Below are positions 46,572 through 55,867 of a stretch of DNA of 64,000 bases, in pieces. Below the pieces are notes generated by a model that was given only the letters and a program-made list of their open reading frames with translations, was not told where the DNA came from and searched no databases. Source of the DNA: Candidatus Zixiibacteriota bacterium (lineage in GTDB: Bacteria; Zixibacteria; MSB-5A5; UBA10806); the NCBI GenBank assembly GCA_020344055.1, contig CP070813.1, positions 89,091 through 153,090 on the forward strand, given 5' to 3'. The translations under genes were made by a program, and so were the position numbers. The stretch's first letter is position 1. Every line of letters begins with the position of its first letter.

Positions 46572-46854
46572 CGGTTTTTCCTTCCTGATTTGAAAGCTTT
46601 CTGCGGTAACATCCGTTGCTTTTCTCTGCCTGACATTTCGCTCCAAAGTATATATTTTAAGAAAATTGTCAATATTTTAGGGGAAAATTCGCTGGAATCG
46701 AAGTTCAATTATATAGAAAGCATAAATTAAAACTTCTGATTCGCTTATGAAAGCGCTTGACCTTTAAGTAAATCACCACCATATTCTTCAGGAATCTAAG
46801 GCCGCCACACTGGAATTAGCTTTTATTAACTGAATAAAAAACCGGGAGTAGAGA

Positions 46855-47985
46855 GTGATGAGATGTACATGCGTGAAGTCGAAAGGGGGCAATAGGATCT
46901 GCCCGAGAAATTCCTTGATTGCGGCTTATACCCTGGTCGCATTATTCCTCGGATTACTATATTGCGGGGGAGGATCTGCGCCGGAGGGTACCGCTCAGAA
47001 AGCGTTTGAATTGCGAATGAGCGGTAAGGCCGATGACGCCAAGACCCTTCTTGAAAACGCCATATCGGAAAATCCGCAGGACGCCGCCGCCCATTATGAG
47101 CTTTCCAGGACCCTTCTCCATATGGGATTGGGAAAGGGACGCGAAATATTTAATTATATTGAACAGGCGAAGAACTCTATTGATAAGGCGGTTGAGAGCG
47201 ATCCCGAGAATGTGATTTACAGGTTTTTCGCCTGTCGAATGGGGTTTATGCAGGCGTACATGTCTTTGCAGGGGGATGAAGCTGCTGCCAGGGAAAAAGT
47301 AAGCGAGTTAAACGATCTTTGCGAGTCTGTACTGGAGCTCAGTCCCGGTTACCATGAGGCGCGGCTGTTTCTGGTGGAAATCAACGGCGCGCTTCCGGGG
47401 AATTTAGGAGCGGATAGTTCCAAAGCCGAAATGCACGCCAAACAGCTGGAAGCTGCCGATCCCGTTTTGGGGGCTAAAGCCCGGGCCATACTCCTGCCTG
47501 AGGAGACAGACCTTGTCGAATACTGGCAGAAAATAGTAGATGGTAATCCAGGGAACTCCGACGCGCTTGACGAACTGGGCAGGACATGTCTTCGCAGCGG
47601 GAAAACGGAGGATGGTATCAAGTATCTGGAGGATGTCTTTAGCGCGGATCCGGCAAAAAACATCGTGCTTCTGGATATAGCCAGGTATCATATAATGCGG
47701 GGTATGAGAGATGCGGAGATGAGAGATAAACTTGCGCCTCTGGTGGAAGAGGCTTTAAACAGATATCTGGCTACAGGTCCTGTCCAGCCTTTGAAGGCCT
47801 ACGCTACCGGTCTGAAATCCAGGATTAAATATGAAACGAATGAAGAAGAGGCCGATCGTCTGAGCGAAGAGGCTGTCACATTGGATCCGTATTATTCCAG
47901 GGCTTTCGGAGTCCCGACTCTCGATCTGTTTGTGCCGGTGGGAGAGGAATCGCACAACCACAGATACCTTTTTCAGCCATATTAG
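46855..47985 (+). CDS. Tetratricopeptide repeat protein, probably exported/lipoprotein
   Basis: Hydrophobic segment ending LLYC; repeated helical NPQDAAAHYELS-type TPR motifs. Confidence 0.7.
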   Translation: MMRCTCVKSKGGNRICPRNSLIAAYTLVALFLGLLYCGGGSAPEGTAQKAFELRMSGKADDAKTLLENAISENPQDAAAHYELSRTLLHMGLGKGREIFNYIEQAKNSIDKAVESDPENVIYRFFACRMGFMQAYMSLQGDEAAAREKVSELNDLCESVLELSPGYHEARLFLVEINGALPGNLGADSSKAEMHAKQLEAADPVLGAKARAILLPEETDLVEYWQKIVDGNPGNSDALDELGRTCLRSGKTEDGIKYLEDVFSADPAKNIVLLDIARYHIMRGMRDAEMRDKLAPLVEEALNRYLATGPVQPLKAYATGLKSRIKYETNEEEADRLSEEAVTLDPYYSRAFGVPTLDLFVPVGEESHNHRYLFQPY

Positions 47986-48058
47986 AAACGGATAATATAT
48001 CGTTCGGGATGAAGAAAAACGGCATTCCTGCGGATACGTAGAACCCGGGAGAAAAACC

Positions 48059-48631
48059 TTAAATAACTTTGTTTTTCCATTTGAGCCCTTCCTCGGTTAC
48101 CGAATAGTACAGGTGCCCCTCGTAGCTTTTATGCTTTTCGGGAAGTTTTCCGACAATCCCTTTATATTTCATTCCCAGCTTTTCAATAACCTTAACAGAA
48201 CCGATATTTTCGGGATTTGCTACGGCGACAATTCTATACAACCCGATCTCGTCAAATCCGTATCGTACCATTTCCGAGGCGGCCTCGGCGGCTATACCCC
48301 TATTCCAGTACTCTTTCGCCAATCCGAAGAATATCTCTATCTCATCGGGATTGAAATCGAGCGGCCCCAGGCCGCACCAGCCGATAATCCCGCCGGTCTC
48401 TTTCCAGACGATAGCCTCGGTCAGTTTGATAAGTTTCGACGGAGTATTCTTCTCATAACAGCACAGAATCCACTCGAACAGCTCCTTCAGCTCATCCGGT
48501 GATGTTACATCATCGGGCAAATAACGCATGACCTCGGGATCGCTTATAATCTCATATAAGGCGGGTACATCATCAAGGGTAAAGGGCCGGATGATCAATC
48601 GCTCGGTTTCACGACGCATATTTTCAAGCAT
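48059..48631 (-). CDS. GNAT N-acetyltransferase, RimJ/RimL family
   Basis: ETERLIIRPF, YWNRGIAAEA and NIGSVKVIEKLGM. Confidence 0.88.
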   Translation of the reverse strand: MLENMRRETERLIIRPFTLDDVPALYEIISDPEVMRYLPDDVTSPDELKELFEWILCCYEKNTPSKLIKLTEAIVWKETGGIIGWCGLGPLDFNPDEIEIFFGLAKEYWNRGIAAEAASEMVRYGFDEIGLYRIVAVANPENIGSVKVIEKLGMKYKGIVGKLPEKHKSYEGHLYYSVTEEGLKWKNKVI

Positions 48632-48660
48632 TTTTTACATCCTGCGGGATTTGAAAAACA

Positions 48661-49095
48661 TCATTTATTCTTGATGCCGCTATCATCCCCAATAGGTGTG
48701 CAGATATCGGCGACAACTTTCCACATCCCGTCTTCCTTCTGGAATATCAGCGTGAAATACGAATCCAGGACATATGTTTCGCCTTGCGGTCTTTTCTCGC
48801 GGTAATGAAAAACCGCCCTGGTATACCCGAACTCCCCTTTTTCGTAAACCTCTGTATTGTCCACTGGCATCTCCCAACCGGTTTCCGAGAACCATTCTTT
48901 GTGAAATTCGTAATAACCCAGCCGGTCGATCAGTTTGCCGCGGGTTGTAAGGAAAAAGAAATCCTCCGATTTCGATACTATGGTAAACAGCCCCTCCAGA
49001 TCGGAATTCTGGACGGCCTTGACGTAAAGATCGAAAGTTTCTTTTAAGGTCAAACCGGGACGGTTTCTAATGATATTTTCATTTGATTGAATCAT
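48661..49095 (-). CDS. NTF2-like/SnoaL (DUF4440-type) protein
   Basis: C-terminal FTLIFQKEDGMWKVV pattern. The start is uncertain: ATG at 49095 versus track TTG at 49113. Confidence 0.7.
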   Translation of the reverse strand: MIQSNENIIRNRPGLTLKETFDLYVKAVQNSDLEGLFTIVSKSEDFFFLTTRGKLIDRLGYYEFHKEWFSETGWEMPVDNTEVYEKGEFGYTRAVFHYREKRPQGETYVLDSYFTLIFQKEDGMWKVVADICTPIGDDSGIKNK

Positions 49096-49123
49096 CGCAT
49101 ATCTCGATGTCAAAAAAACGGTC

Positions 49124-49202
49124 GTAGGTCAAGTCTCCCCGGGTTTTGACGGCCAGCGGTCGGGTTAATAAACAACTTCGTTGGCGGGGAAACCCGGCCT
49201 AC
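49124..49202. repeat. Pair of oppositely oriented GTAG-tagged REP-like elements
   Basis: Plus strand GTAGGTCAAG...TTTTGAC (49124-49150). Minus strand GTAGGCCGGGTT...AACCCGAC (49202-49159). Confidence 0.65.
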
Positions 49203-49888
49203 AGCAACGCCTTGATCGCCTTCGCAAGACCATCAATGCTCTCTAACTCTGCATCCGGTATTTCAAACGGTGTTCTGGGGATTTGGTTGCGATGAATCCC
49301 GGTGCGGACCAGGACAGCCTTCATTCCCAGCTGATGCGCGGGTATGACGTCCTTATCGATACGGTCGCCTACCATGACACACACTTTCGGATCGACGCCT
49401 ATTTTTCGCACGATGGCCTCGTAGTAGCGCGGATCGGGCTTGGTGAGTTCGAAATCATCCTGGGTGATGTGATGGGTGAAATAACCGAGCAGTTTTTCAT
49501 TCTCCAGAAGCGCCAGGATCTCCCTGCCGAATTGTCCGGCGATGGCGGTAGCGAAATTTTCGTGAATCGCCTTTATCTCGTTGCCGAAACCGGGCATCAG
49601 TCTAAGCGGCGGTCGGGAACTCTTGAACCTGCTTTTGAATTCCAGAAGGGCCCGGTCATGAATCTGCCGATCGAACTGGAGATTTTTCCAGAGGACGTAT
49701 TTATATACGGTAGGGGTATATATCTCTACCGCCTCGTCCACATCAATCCAGTACTGCTCGAAATTATAATCGGGGAGATGTTCAGCTATCAAGCCAGTTA
49801 TAATCTCGGCGCAGAACCGTTCGATCTCCCCCTCGTCCAGTATCACCCCGCCGGCGTCGAGGAGCACTGTTGATATTTTTATTTTCAT
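49199..49888 (-). CDS. HAD-family hydrolase
   Basis: LLDAGGVI motif I variant, KPDPRYY and MVGDRIDKD. Confidence 0.85.
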   Translation of the reverse strand: MKIKISTVLLDAGGVILDEGEIERFCAEIITGLIAEHLPDYNFEQYWIDVDEAVEIYTPTVYKYVLWKNLQFDRQIHDRALLEFKSRFKSSRPPLRLMPGFGNEIKAIHENFATAIAGQFGREILALLENEKLLGYFTHHITQDDFELTKPDPRYYEAIVRKIGVDPKVCVMVGDRIDKDVIPAHQLGMKAVLVRTGIHRNQIPRTPFEIPDAELESIDGLAKAIKALL

Positions 49889-49912
49889 CTGCTTATCCTG
49901 TTGCAGGTAATG

Positions 49913-51517
49913 TTATTTCCCTTCCAGCCTGAACATACTGCCGTATCCCCAGAATCCACCGGAAGACGAAACAACCTCGTAATCTTGTTTGATTACATCC
50001 AGTATCTCGCGCTGCCTTTGTGAAGTATTTCCGTAAAGTAGAATACTTAAATAAAGACTATTATCCGTCAATCTTGACTTCCATTCAGCGCTGTTTTCAA
50101 TCAGATAGTTCTGGTCGGCGGCGAAAACGAGCTTGTCATCCGGCACATGCCAGATTATGCCCGGCAACACGCCTCGGGCAACGTTGTCGATCAATATAGT
50201 ATCGGATTCTTTAAGCCAGGATACAGGCTCCGGCCTCTTGTTATCCGGGTAATTCATATAGAACATATCGAGGCCTCCGAAAAATATTTGTGATACGATT
50301 AAAACCATCATCAGGATCGACTTGAATCTTCCGAAAACCCGGATGATCAAAACCGGGACGAAGGCGAAAAATGGCCAGACAATCGATAGATATTTGGGAC
50401 CCAGAGCATGCGCGGGACTCAGGAAAAACATATAGCCGAGAACGATTATTCCCGATGTCCAAAAAAGAAAATATAAAACATAATTTCCGGCTCGATCCGT
50501 AGCATCTTGCCGAATTTGATAATCCGAACGTGATTTGATATATAAAATGGAAAGAAAGAGAATAAGAATAATCAGAATCGAGGGATAGATATATCTGAAG
50601 ACGATCGATGGTGAAATAATATAAATGGCCGGCATACCCTGCCAGAAAAAGGTGCCGAAAGCGGTAATTACGGCCTTTAACCTCGGCAATATCCCGGAGA
50701 ACTGGAACGGCTGATTCTCCGCCATCTGGTATCGGACGGACAGCAGAAAATGCGGGTGCATCAGGTAAAATATAACCAGCCCCGCCACTATTGATGAAAG
50801 CGCTGTAAATAGCCGTTGTCTTTTGACCTTGATAAGTTTGTAGGCCATGAAAAGACTGCAGCCGAGAATGATGATCGCGAAATGGTAATGTGTCATCGCC
50901 CCGGCGGCGGACGTTATGGCCATGTAGATAAAATCCTTTGATTTTGCGGTTGCCGAAGCGTCGGTAATGCGAATCGTCTGCAGAGTTAGAAGTATGGTAC
51001 ATAACGCCAGAAGATCATAGGGCCTGGCATGACAGCTAACTCCCATCACTGCCGAACCCAGGGCCCAGACGAAAGCCGCCAGGGCGGCCTCGACCCGGTC
51101 CTTGAGAATAAGGTTCGCCAGGCGATATAACAAAAGAATCGCCATAACGGATATCAGGATATTCAGCGAGGGGCCGGTCCAGAGGTGGATTCCGAAAATC
51201 AAAGACCACAGATGCAAAAGCCAGAAATAGAGGGGAGGATGGATATCGTAGTTCGCGAGATCGTAGCCGATCTGTTTGAAGCAGAACCTGCTCTCTACCT
51301 GCAGAAACCTTTTCCATTGCTCGGCCTCGACCCAGGCGCCGTAGGGGGGCTGTCCATCCACGCCGAAATATTCGCCCAGGTGCCCGGTGGCGACCATGTA
51401 GGAGATACCCTCGTCGGGGTCGATGGTCTTCTTGCCGGCGGTTCCCGCCATCCGCAGGGCGGTACCGAATATTACGGCCAGTGCCAGTATTATGAGAGAC
51501 AATCGTGTCTGGCTCAT
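49913..51517 (-). CDS. GT-C fold glycosyltransferase (family 39/ArnT-PMT-like)
   Basis: First-loop acidic DPDE motif, DIHPPLYF, ARPY; about 11 TM helices. Confidence 0.8.
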   Translation of the reverse strand: MSQTRLSLIILALAVIFGTALRMAGTAGKKTIDPDEGISYMVATGHLGEYFGVDGQPPYGAWVEAEQWKRFLQVESRFCFKQIGYDLANYDIHPPLYFWLLHLWSLIFGIHLWTGPSLNILISVMAILLLYRLANLILKDRVEAALAAFVWALGSAVMGVSCHARPYDLLALCTILLTLQTIRITDASATAKSKDFIYMAITSAAGAMTHYHFAIIILGCSLFMAYKLIKVKRQRLFTALSSIVAGLVIFYLMHPHFLLSVRYQMAENQPFQFSGILPRLKAVITAFGTFFWQGMPAIYIISPSIVFRYIYPSILIILILFLSILYIKSRSDYQIRQDATDRAGNYVLYFLFWTSGIIVLGYMFFLSPAHALGPKYLSIVWPFFAFVPVLIIRVFGRFKSILMMVLIVSQIFFGGLDMFYMNYPDNKRPEPVSWLKESDTILIDNVARGVLPGIIWHVPDDKLVFAADQNYLIENSAEWKSRLTDNSLYLSILLYGNTSQRQREILDVIKQDYEVVSSSGGFWGYGSMFRLEGK

Positions 51518-51589
51518 AGTACAGCTTCTCCGATAATCGCCGCAGCTTGGTAGAAATAGATGGAGATCATTCTTTCAGAATTGGCGTTA

Positions 51590-52537
51590 TTATCGTTCAT
51601 ACAAAACCTGGTTTGCCTGAAATAGGCTGTCTATGTATCCGGCGTTTTCTGAAGAGTGACGTAGCGGGCCCTCATAACCCTGTTCGACCGCAATAGCCGC
51701 TACCCGGCCCTGGTTACTGTAAAGGACATCCGGGACCCTTTCGCCAATGGAATCGCTATAGGCCTCCGCTGGCGATATGATTTCCCATCCCTGCTGACGC
51801 AGAAAGCCTACCAGCTCATCGATAAACAGCGCCGCCAGGTCGTTCTCATGTAACAATAAAACATGTTTGGGCGAATAGCCGAGCAGATCTAAAGCCATGT
51901 TATCGTAGAATTGAATCGCCTCCCATAGGGTTTCGACATAGATCCGGCCCAGGGCGACGGTATCGATCCTTTGGCCGCTTTTGGGGGCATCCCGGCATTT
52001 TTTGTCGATATACGAGTCCCAGGTATCGACCGTGACGTAACCGTTGCTATAGCCCAATGAGTTCAGGGCCTCACGGATGCTGTCTCTAACCGGTATCGTT
52101 AGGCCTTCGTCCAGCATGGGATAGCGGTACCAGGGCATAAAGGTCGAGTACTGCTTCAGGCTATCGTGGGCCTGCTCGATATCGGCGATATATGAAGCGG
52201 TGCCGAAATCGCCGGGGCGATTGTGGGAGTGGCTATGATTACCGATGAGATGCCCCGCCGCCGCGTATTTTTTCAGGCGGGCGTGACCGTCGTGGTAGGG
52301 GAGTTTCTCGGTCACGCAGAAGAAGACAACCTGTGATACCTTTGCTTTTTCCAATTTTTCGATGAGCCTGACGGTACGTTCGGGCCCGCTGAACATAAAT
52401 CCCTCCCCCCAGGGCGCGTCATCGAAACTCAGGGCTATTTGATGAGGGTTTCGTTCATTATCTTCGGAAAATACGGTATTAATAATCAAACAGCCGGTCA
52501 ATATTAAAGAGACGGCTGTCAATCGCAATAACTGCAT
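51590..52537 (-). CDS. Exported polysaccharide deacetylase (CE4/NodB fold)
   Basis: SFDDAP, HSHSH, YRYP and LLHE motifs are intact; signal peptide. Confidence 0.87.
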   Translation of the reverse strand: MQLLRLTAVSLILTGCLIINTVFSEDNERNPHQIALSFDDAPWGEGFMFSGPERTVRLIEKLEKAKVSQVVFFCVTEKLPYHDGHARLKKYAAAGHLIGNHSHSHNRPGDFGTASYIADIEQAHDSLKQYSTFMPWYRYPMLDEGLTIPVRDSIREALNSLGYSNGYVTVDTWDSYIDKKCRDAPKSGQRIDTVALGRIYVETLWEAIQFYDNMALDLLGYSPKHVLLLHENDLAALFIDELVGFLRQQGWEIISPAEAYSDSIGERVPDVLYSNQGRVAAIAVEQGYEGPLRHSSENAGYIDSLFQANQVLYER

Positions 52538-52572
52538 GATGATATTATATGTTGAGGATTATTCGTCTGCAA
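52538..52572 (-). promoter_or_regulatory. Putative sigma70 promoter giving a leaderless deacetylase mRNA
   Basis: On the minus strand: TTGCAG (52572-52567), 17 nt, TATAAT (52549-52544), 6 nt, ATG at 52537. Confidence 0.65.
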
Positions 52573-52577
52573 GACGT

Positions 52578-53408
52578 TTACTTGAACCTCTTTAAATCAT
52601 CTCTTCCGAATACCCATTCGAGCATATAAAGCCTTTTTCTGAAATCGAGCTTGAACCAGGGGCTCAAACCAAAACTGGTGGGGTTTTTTATGATATGCAT
52701 ATCCTGGGCCGGGGTGTAACTCTGCGCCAGCAAAAATATCTTCATTTTATTTTTAACGCTCTCGGCGATATCGACCACTATCACCGCGTGACCCGGAAAG
52801 CCGCCCTCTATGAAAACATCGCCGATACGCATGTTATTTATATCCGGGACCTTCCGCAGTTCCTCGCTCAACGAATAGGAACCGGCATAGGTGAACAGTA
52901 TTTCGAGATATTCTTTGAAAACCTCGCGGTTGTTTTCTCTTTCGGAAAGCTGTTTCCAACTGACTTCATTGTTTTTAACTTCGGGAGTGATCCCCTTAAG
53001 CCAATCTGAGTATCTAAAGCGGTGGCCGCTGGTGAAATTGAACGAAATGGAATCATAATGTCCTTTAGAGTAAAAGTATTCCGAACGAAGTCTTATGACA
53101 GCGTCGGCGCACTGCTGCAGATCCTGGTCGCCCACGTCGATATCGATCACAGCGTAATTGGCCAGTTGGAAAAACTTCTTTTCGCCGTTATAAAGATATA
53201 TGGGCGGCTTGCCCTCCTTAAGGGGCAGATTCCGCAGCCACTCCTGGAACGATCCCTCTTCGACCTCGATCCTCTTATACCCCTCGGGCGGGGGAATGCG
53301 GCTTAATATACTTTCCGAGCTATCGTAATCGGCGAGCCAGCCATACTGGGCGAAAGATGTATTAAACAGAAAAATCGAAAGTAGATAAAATGGAATAATT
53401 ATTTTCAT
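52578..53408 (-). CDS. DUF4846-like exported protein
   Basis: WLRNLPLK, DLQQCADAVIRLRSEY, PGHAVIVVD and LAQSYTPAQ. Family recalled from memory. Confidence 0.78.
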   Translation of the reverse strand: MKIIIPFYLLSIFLFNTSFAQYGWLADYDSSESILSRIPPPEGYKRIEVEEGSFQEWLRNLPLKEGKPPIYLYNGEKKFFQLANYAVIDIDVGDQDLQQCADAVIRLRSEYFYSKGHYDSISFNFTSGHRFRYSDWLKGITPEVKNNEVSWKQLSERENNREVFKEYLEILFTYAGSYSLSEELRKVPDINNMRIGDVFIEGGFPGHAVIVVDIAESVKNKMKIFLLAQSYTPAQDMHIIKNPTSFGLSPWFKLDFRKRLYMLEWVFGRDDLKRFK

Positions 53409-54185
53409 TTAATTCGTTTTCCTCCTCTCCAGCTCCATCCCGCATTCTTTGAGATTATTTAGAAGCTGATCGATATCTCCATGCCATTGGCCCCATTTGC
53501 GGGAGATATGCTCGGTCCAGCCGTAGGTGTCGAAATCGTAGGTCTCCTTGCGGTCTTTTGCCTCGATCGGAATTATTAGTTTTGCCTTTTTGTAATAATC
53601 CTGCCCCATGTACCCCTCGTCCATCACCTTCATGGCGCGCTCCACCAAATCGTCGGTTAATTCGGGGTACTCGTCCTCGAACAGGGTAAACTCCAGCGGG
53701 TAACGGGGCCGCGGGGGAGGGTTCTCGGCGGGGTATCCCATGGCCAGCTGCACGAAGGGGAAGACCCGTTTGGGGAGCTTGTACTTCTTGCGTATCTTCT
53801 TCGCCCAATAGGGAACTCCGCCCAGGTAAACGGAGCCCATCCCCGCGCTCTCGGCGGCCATGACCATGTTCTCGCCCGCCAGGGTGGCATCCTGTATGCC
53901 GAATATGAGCATCGAAAGGTCATTGGTGATCATCTTCCAGCCGCGCTTTTTCATCACCGTCTCCATCTTGTGCAGGTCCACACAGAATGTGAACAGAAGC
54001 GGCGCGTGGCAAGCGTTCTTTTTGCGCTCCCGCGAGAGCAGGATGCTGTAAAGCTGTGCCGCGAACGGCGCCTGCTGCCCGGCCCGGACGATGGTCCTGA
54101 TCGTCTCATCCGACGGTATATCGTCCGTGAATTTGCGTATCGATTTGCGGTTCAGCATGGCCTTGATCATATCGGTATGTATCAT
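53409..54185 (-). CDS. Nitroreductase family protein (NfrA-like)
   Basis: RKSIRKF, QDATLAGENMVMAAESAGMGSVYLG and MGYP...PRPRYP. Confidence 0.87.
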   Translation of the reverse strand: MIHTDMIKAMLNRKSIRKFTDDIPSDETIRTIVRAGQQAPFAAQLYSILLSRERKKNACHAPLLFTFCVDLHKMETVMKKRGWKMITNDLSMLIFGIQDATLAGENMVMAAESAGMGSVYLGGVPYWAKKIRKKYKLPKRVFPFVQLAMGYPAENPPPRPRYPLEFTLFEDEYPELTDDLVERAMKVMDEGYMGQDYYKKAKLIIPIEAKDRKETYDFDTYGWTEHISRKWGQWHGDIDQLLNNLKECGMELERRKTN

Positions 54186-54214
54186 TTCGTCCTCCGTTAT
54201 TTTTTTTGACTATG

Positions 54215-54262
54215 TGTCGGGTTTCTCGTCCCGCCGTTGGCGGGACTCGGAACCCGACCTAC
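54215..54262 (-). repeat. GTAG-tagged REP-like element with inner hairpin
   Basis: Minus strand GTAG-GTCGGGTT-CC-GAGTCCCGCCAACGGCGGGAC-GAG-AAACCCGACA. Confidence 0.75.
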
Positions 54263-54265
54263 ATT

Positions 54266-55000
54266 CTACGCGCGACACCCTTTGTGAACAAGTATATACT
54301 CCTTCGCCGTCTTTCCGATCTCCGAGGCCAGATCCTCGGAGAGGTGGACCTTTTTGAGCTCCTCGTCGGTCGCCTCCTCGCTGGCGGCGAAGGTCGCCTC
54401 GATAATAGCGAAGTCGGCGCCCCGGACGTTGTCGCGCAACGATTCGCAGTCGCCGGTATCGCCGCTTATGACCACGATCTCGTCGCCGCAGGAGATCCTG
54501 TAGCCGACCGCCGGAATCTGATCCATAATCCCCTTCCCCTCGATAGAGCCGCAATGGATTACCGGGAACGGCTGAATGACCATTCCGGCGAATTCATATT
54601 TTTCACCGGGCCGCGCCCTGTTCAGGTAAATTTCAAACAGGGTCGTGGCCGAATACAATTTCAGGAAATTTTCCACAGCGGAGATTACCTCCAGGCAATT
54701 TTCCGGCGCCAAGATATGAAGCTCTTTTTTTCGCCCGATCATCCTCAGAAACCCCAGAAGCGGATGCAATCCTCCCATATGATCGAAATGGCCGTGAGTG
54801 AAAAAGATCGCTTCGATAGAGTCTTTGTCCAAGCCGCAGGTAATGATATCGCGCAGGATACCGTCACCGGTATCGAAAAGCAATGCGCCCCTGTCCGATT
54901 CGATTAAAATATGCTGAGAAAAGCCGGCCCTTGAATAAAGTATTTTAACTCTCAAGCTTTCGCCGTCCCAGCTGAAAGAATAATCAGAATTTTCGGGCAT
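54266..55000 (-). CDS. Metallo-beta-lactamase fold hydrolase, RNase Z-like
   Basis: LLFDTG, THGHFDHMGG, ISGDT, IIEATF, HLS and LVH motifs. Confidence 0.82.
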   Translation of the reverse strand: MPENSDYSFSWDGESLRVKILYSRAGFSQHILIESDRGALLFDTGDGILRDIITCGLDKDSIEAIFFTHGHFDHMGGLHPLLGFLRMIGRKKELHILAPENCLEVISAVENFLKLYSATTLFEIYLNRARPGEKYEFAGMVIQPFPVIHCGSIEGKGIMDQIPAVGYRISCGDEIVVISGDTGDCESLRDNVRGADFAIIEATFAASEEATDEELKKVHLSEDLASEIGKTAKEYILVHKGCRA

Positions 55001-55177
55001 CGGATTAACCTCTTTTGAAATAACAGATTATCGTTCCCCAAATATATGGGAGGCGGGCGCTGACGGAAACAGCTTTTTTATGGACAAGCCAGCTTTACAA
55101 ACGTCGGATTTATGATTGAAACCAGCGGTGTGAAAATCCGTAGATAAAAATGAGAGAAATATGAGAAGGAGGAAATT

Positions 55178-55795
55178 ATGAGGAGTTTTGCTATATCGAT
55201 ACTCGCCATATTTTTGATGTTTTCCATCGCCGCCGCGGCCGGCCCGGATTGCGGCGACGATTGGAAAGACAAACATAAAACCTGTATAATTAGCCATAAC
55301 CTTCATGACTACCATTATCACTGGAATGACAGGATAAGGCTGGAAATTGACGACAGTGATGTAATCATTACCTGCGAAAGACGGCGCTATAGATCTGACG
55401 AGGTCAAGATCACAAGGGATTACAGACTTTACGTAAACGGCGATAGAGTGGACGTGGAGGACGACCAGAAAGAACTGGTTAAAAACTATTATCATACGGC
55501 GATCGGCCTGCACGAAGAGGCCGAGATTATCGGCAGGGAGGGGGCAGAGATCGGGGTCCAGGGCGCCAAGATCGGCGCAAAAGCGGTATCGGGTGTTTTA
55601 CAGATGCTGTTTCTTGATTTCGATGAGGACAAGTTCGAGGCTAAAATAGAGCGGGAGGCCGAACTACTGGAAGAGAAAGCCGAAAAGCTGGAGGAAAGAG
55701 CCGAGGTTCTGGAGGATATGGCGGAAGATCTCGAAGACATGCACGATGACCTCGCGCGTAAGATACCGGAGCTACGCGAGCTCAGATGGTTTTAA
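55178..55795 (+). CDS. Exported YggN/DUF2884-like protein
   Basis: Signal peptide; LYVNGDRV; acidic coiled C-terminal half ending IPELREL. AGGAGG RBS. Confidence 0.7.
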   Translation: MRSFAISILAIFLMFSIAAAAGPDCGDDWKDKHKTCIISHNLHDYHYHWNDRIRLEIDDSDVIITCERRRYRSDEVKITRDYRLYVNGDRVDVEDDQKELVKNYYHTAIGLHEEAEIIGREGAEIGVQGAKIGAKAVSGVLQMLFLDFDEDKFEAKIEREAELLEEKAEKLEERAEVLEDMAEDLEDMHDDLARKIPELRELRWF

Positions 55796-55818
55796 TATAG
55801 ATTTTTCTCACCTAAGCT

Positions 55819-55846
55819 AAAAGGCGGCCGAGTTGGCCGCCTTTTT
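55819..55846. terminator. Bidirectional rho-independent terminator
   Basis: AAAAGGCGGCC-GAGTT-GGCCGCCTTTTT between convergent genes. Confidence 0.85.
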
Positions 55847-55867
55847 AATTTCAGGATAAATTTTGGA

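Noticed and set aside
54206-54907. 233-aa plus-strand ORF
   Set aside because: Antisense shadow of the MBL hydrolase; its N-terminus is a translated REP.
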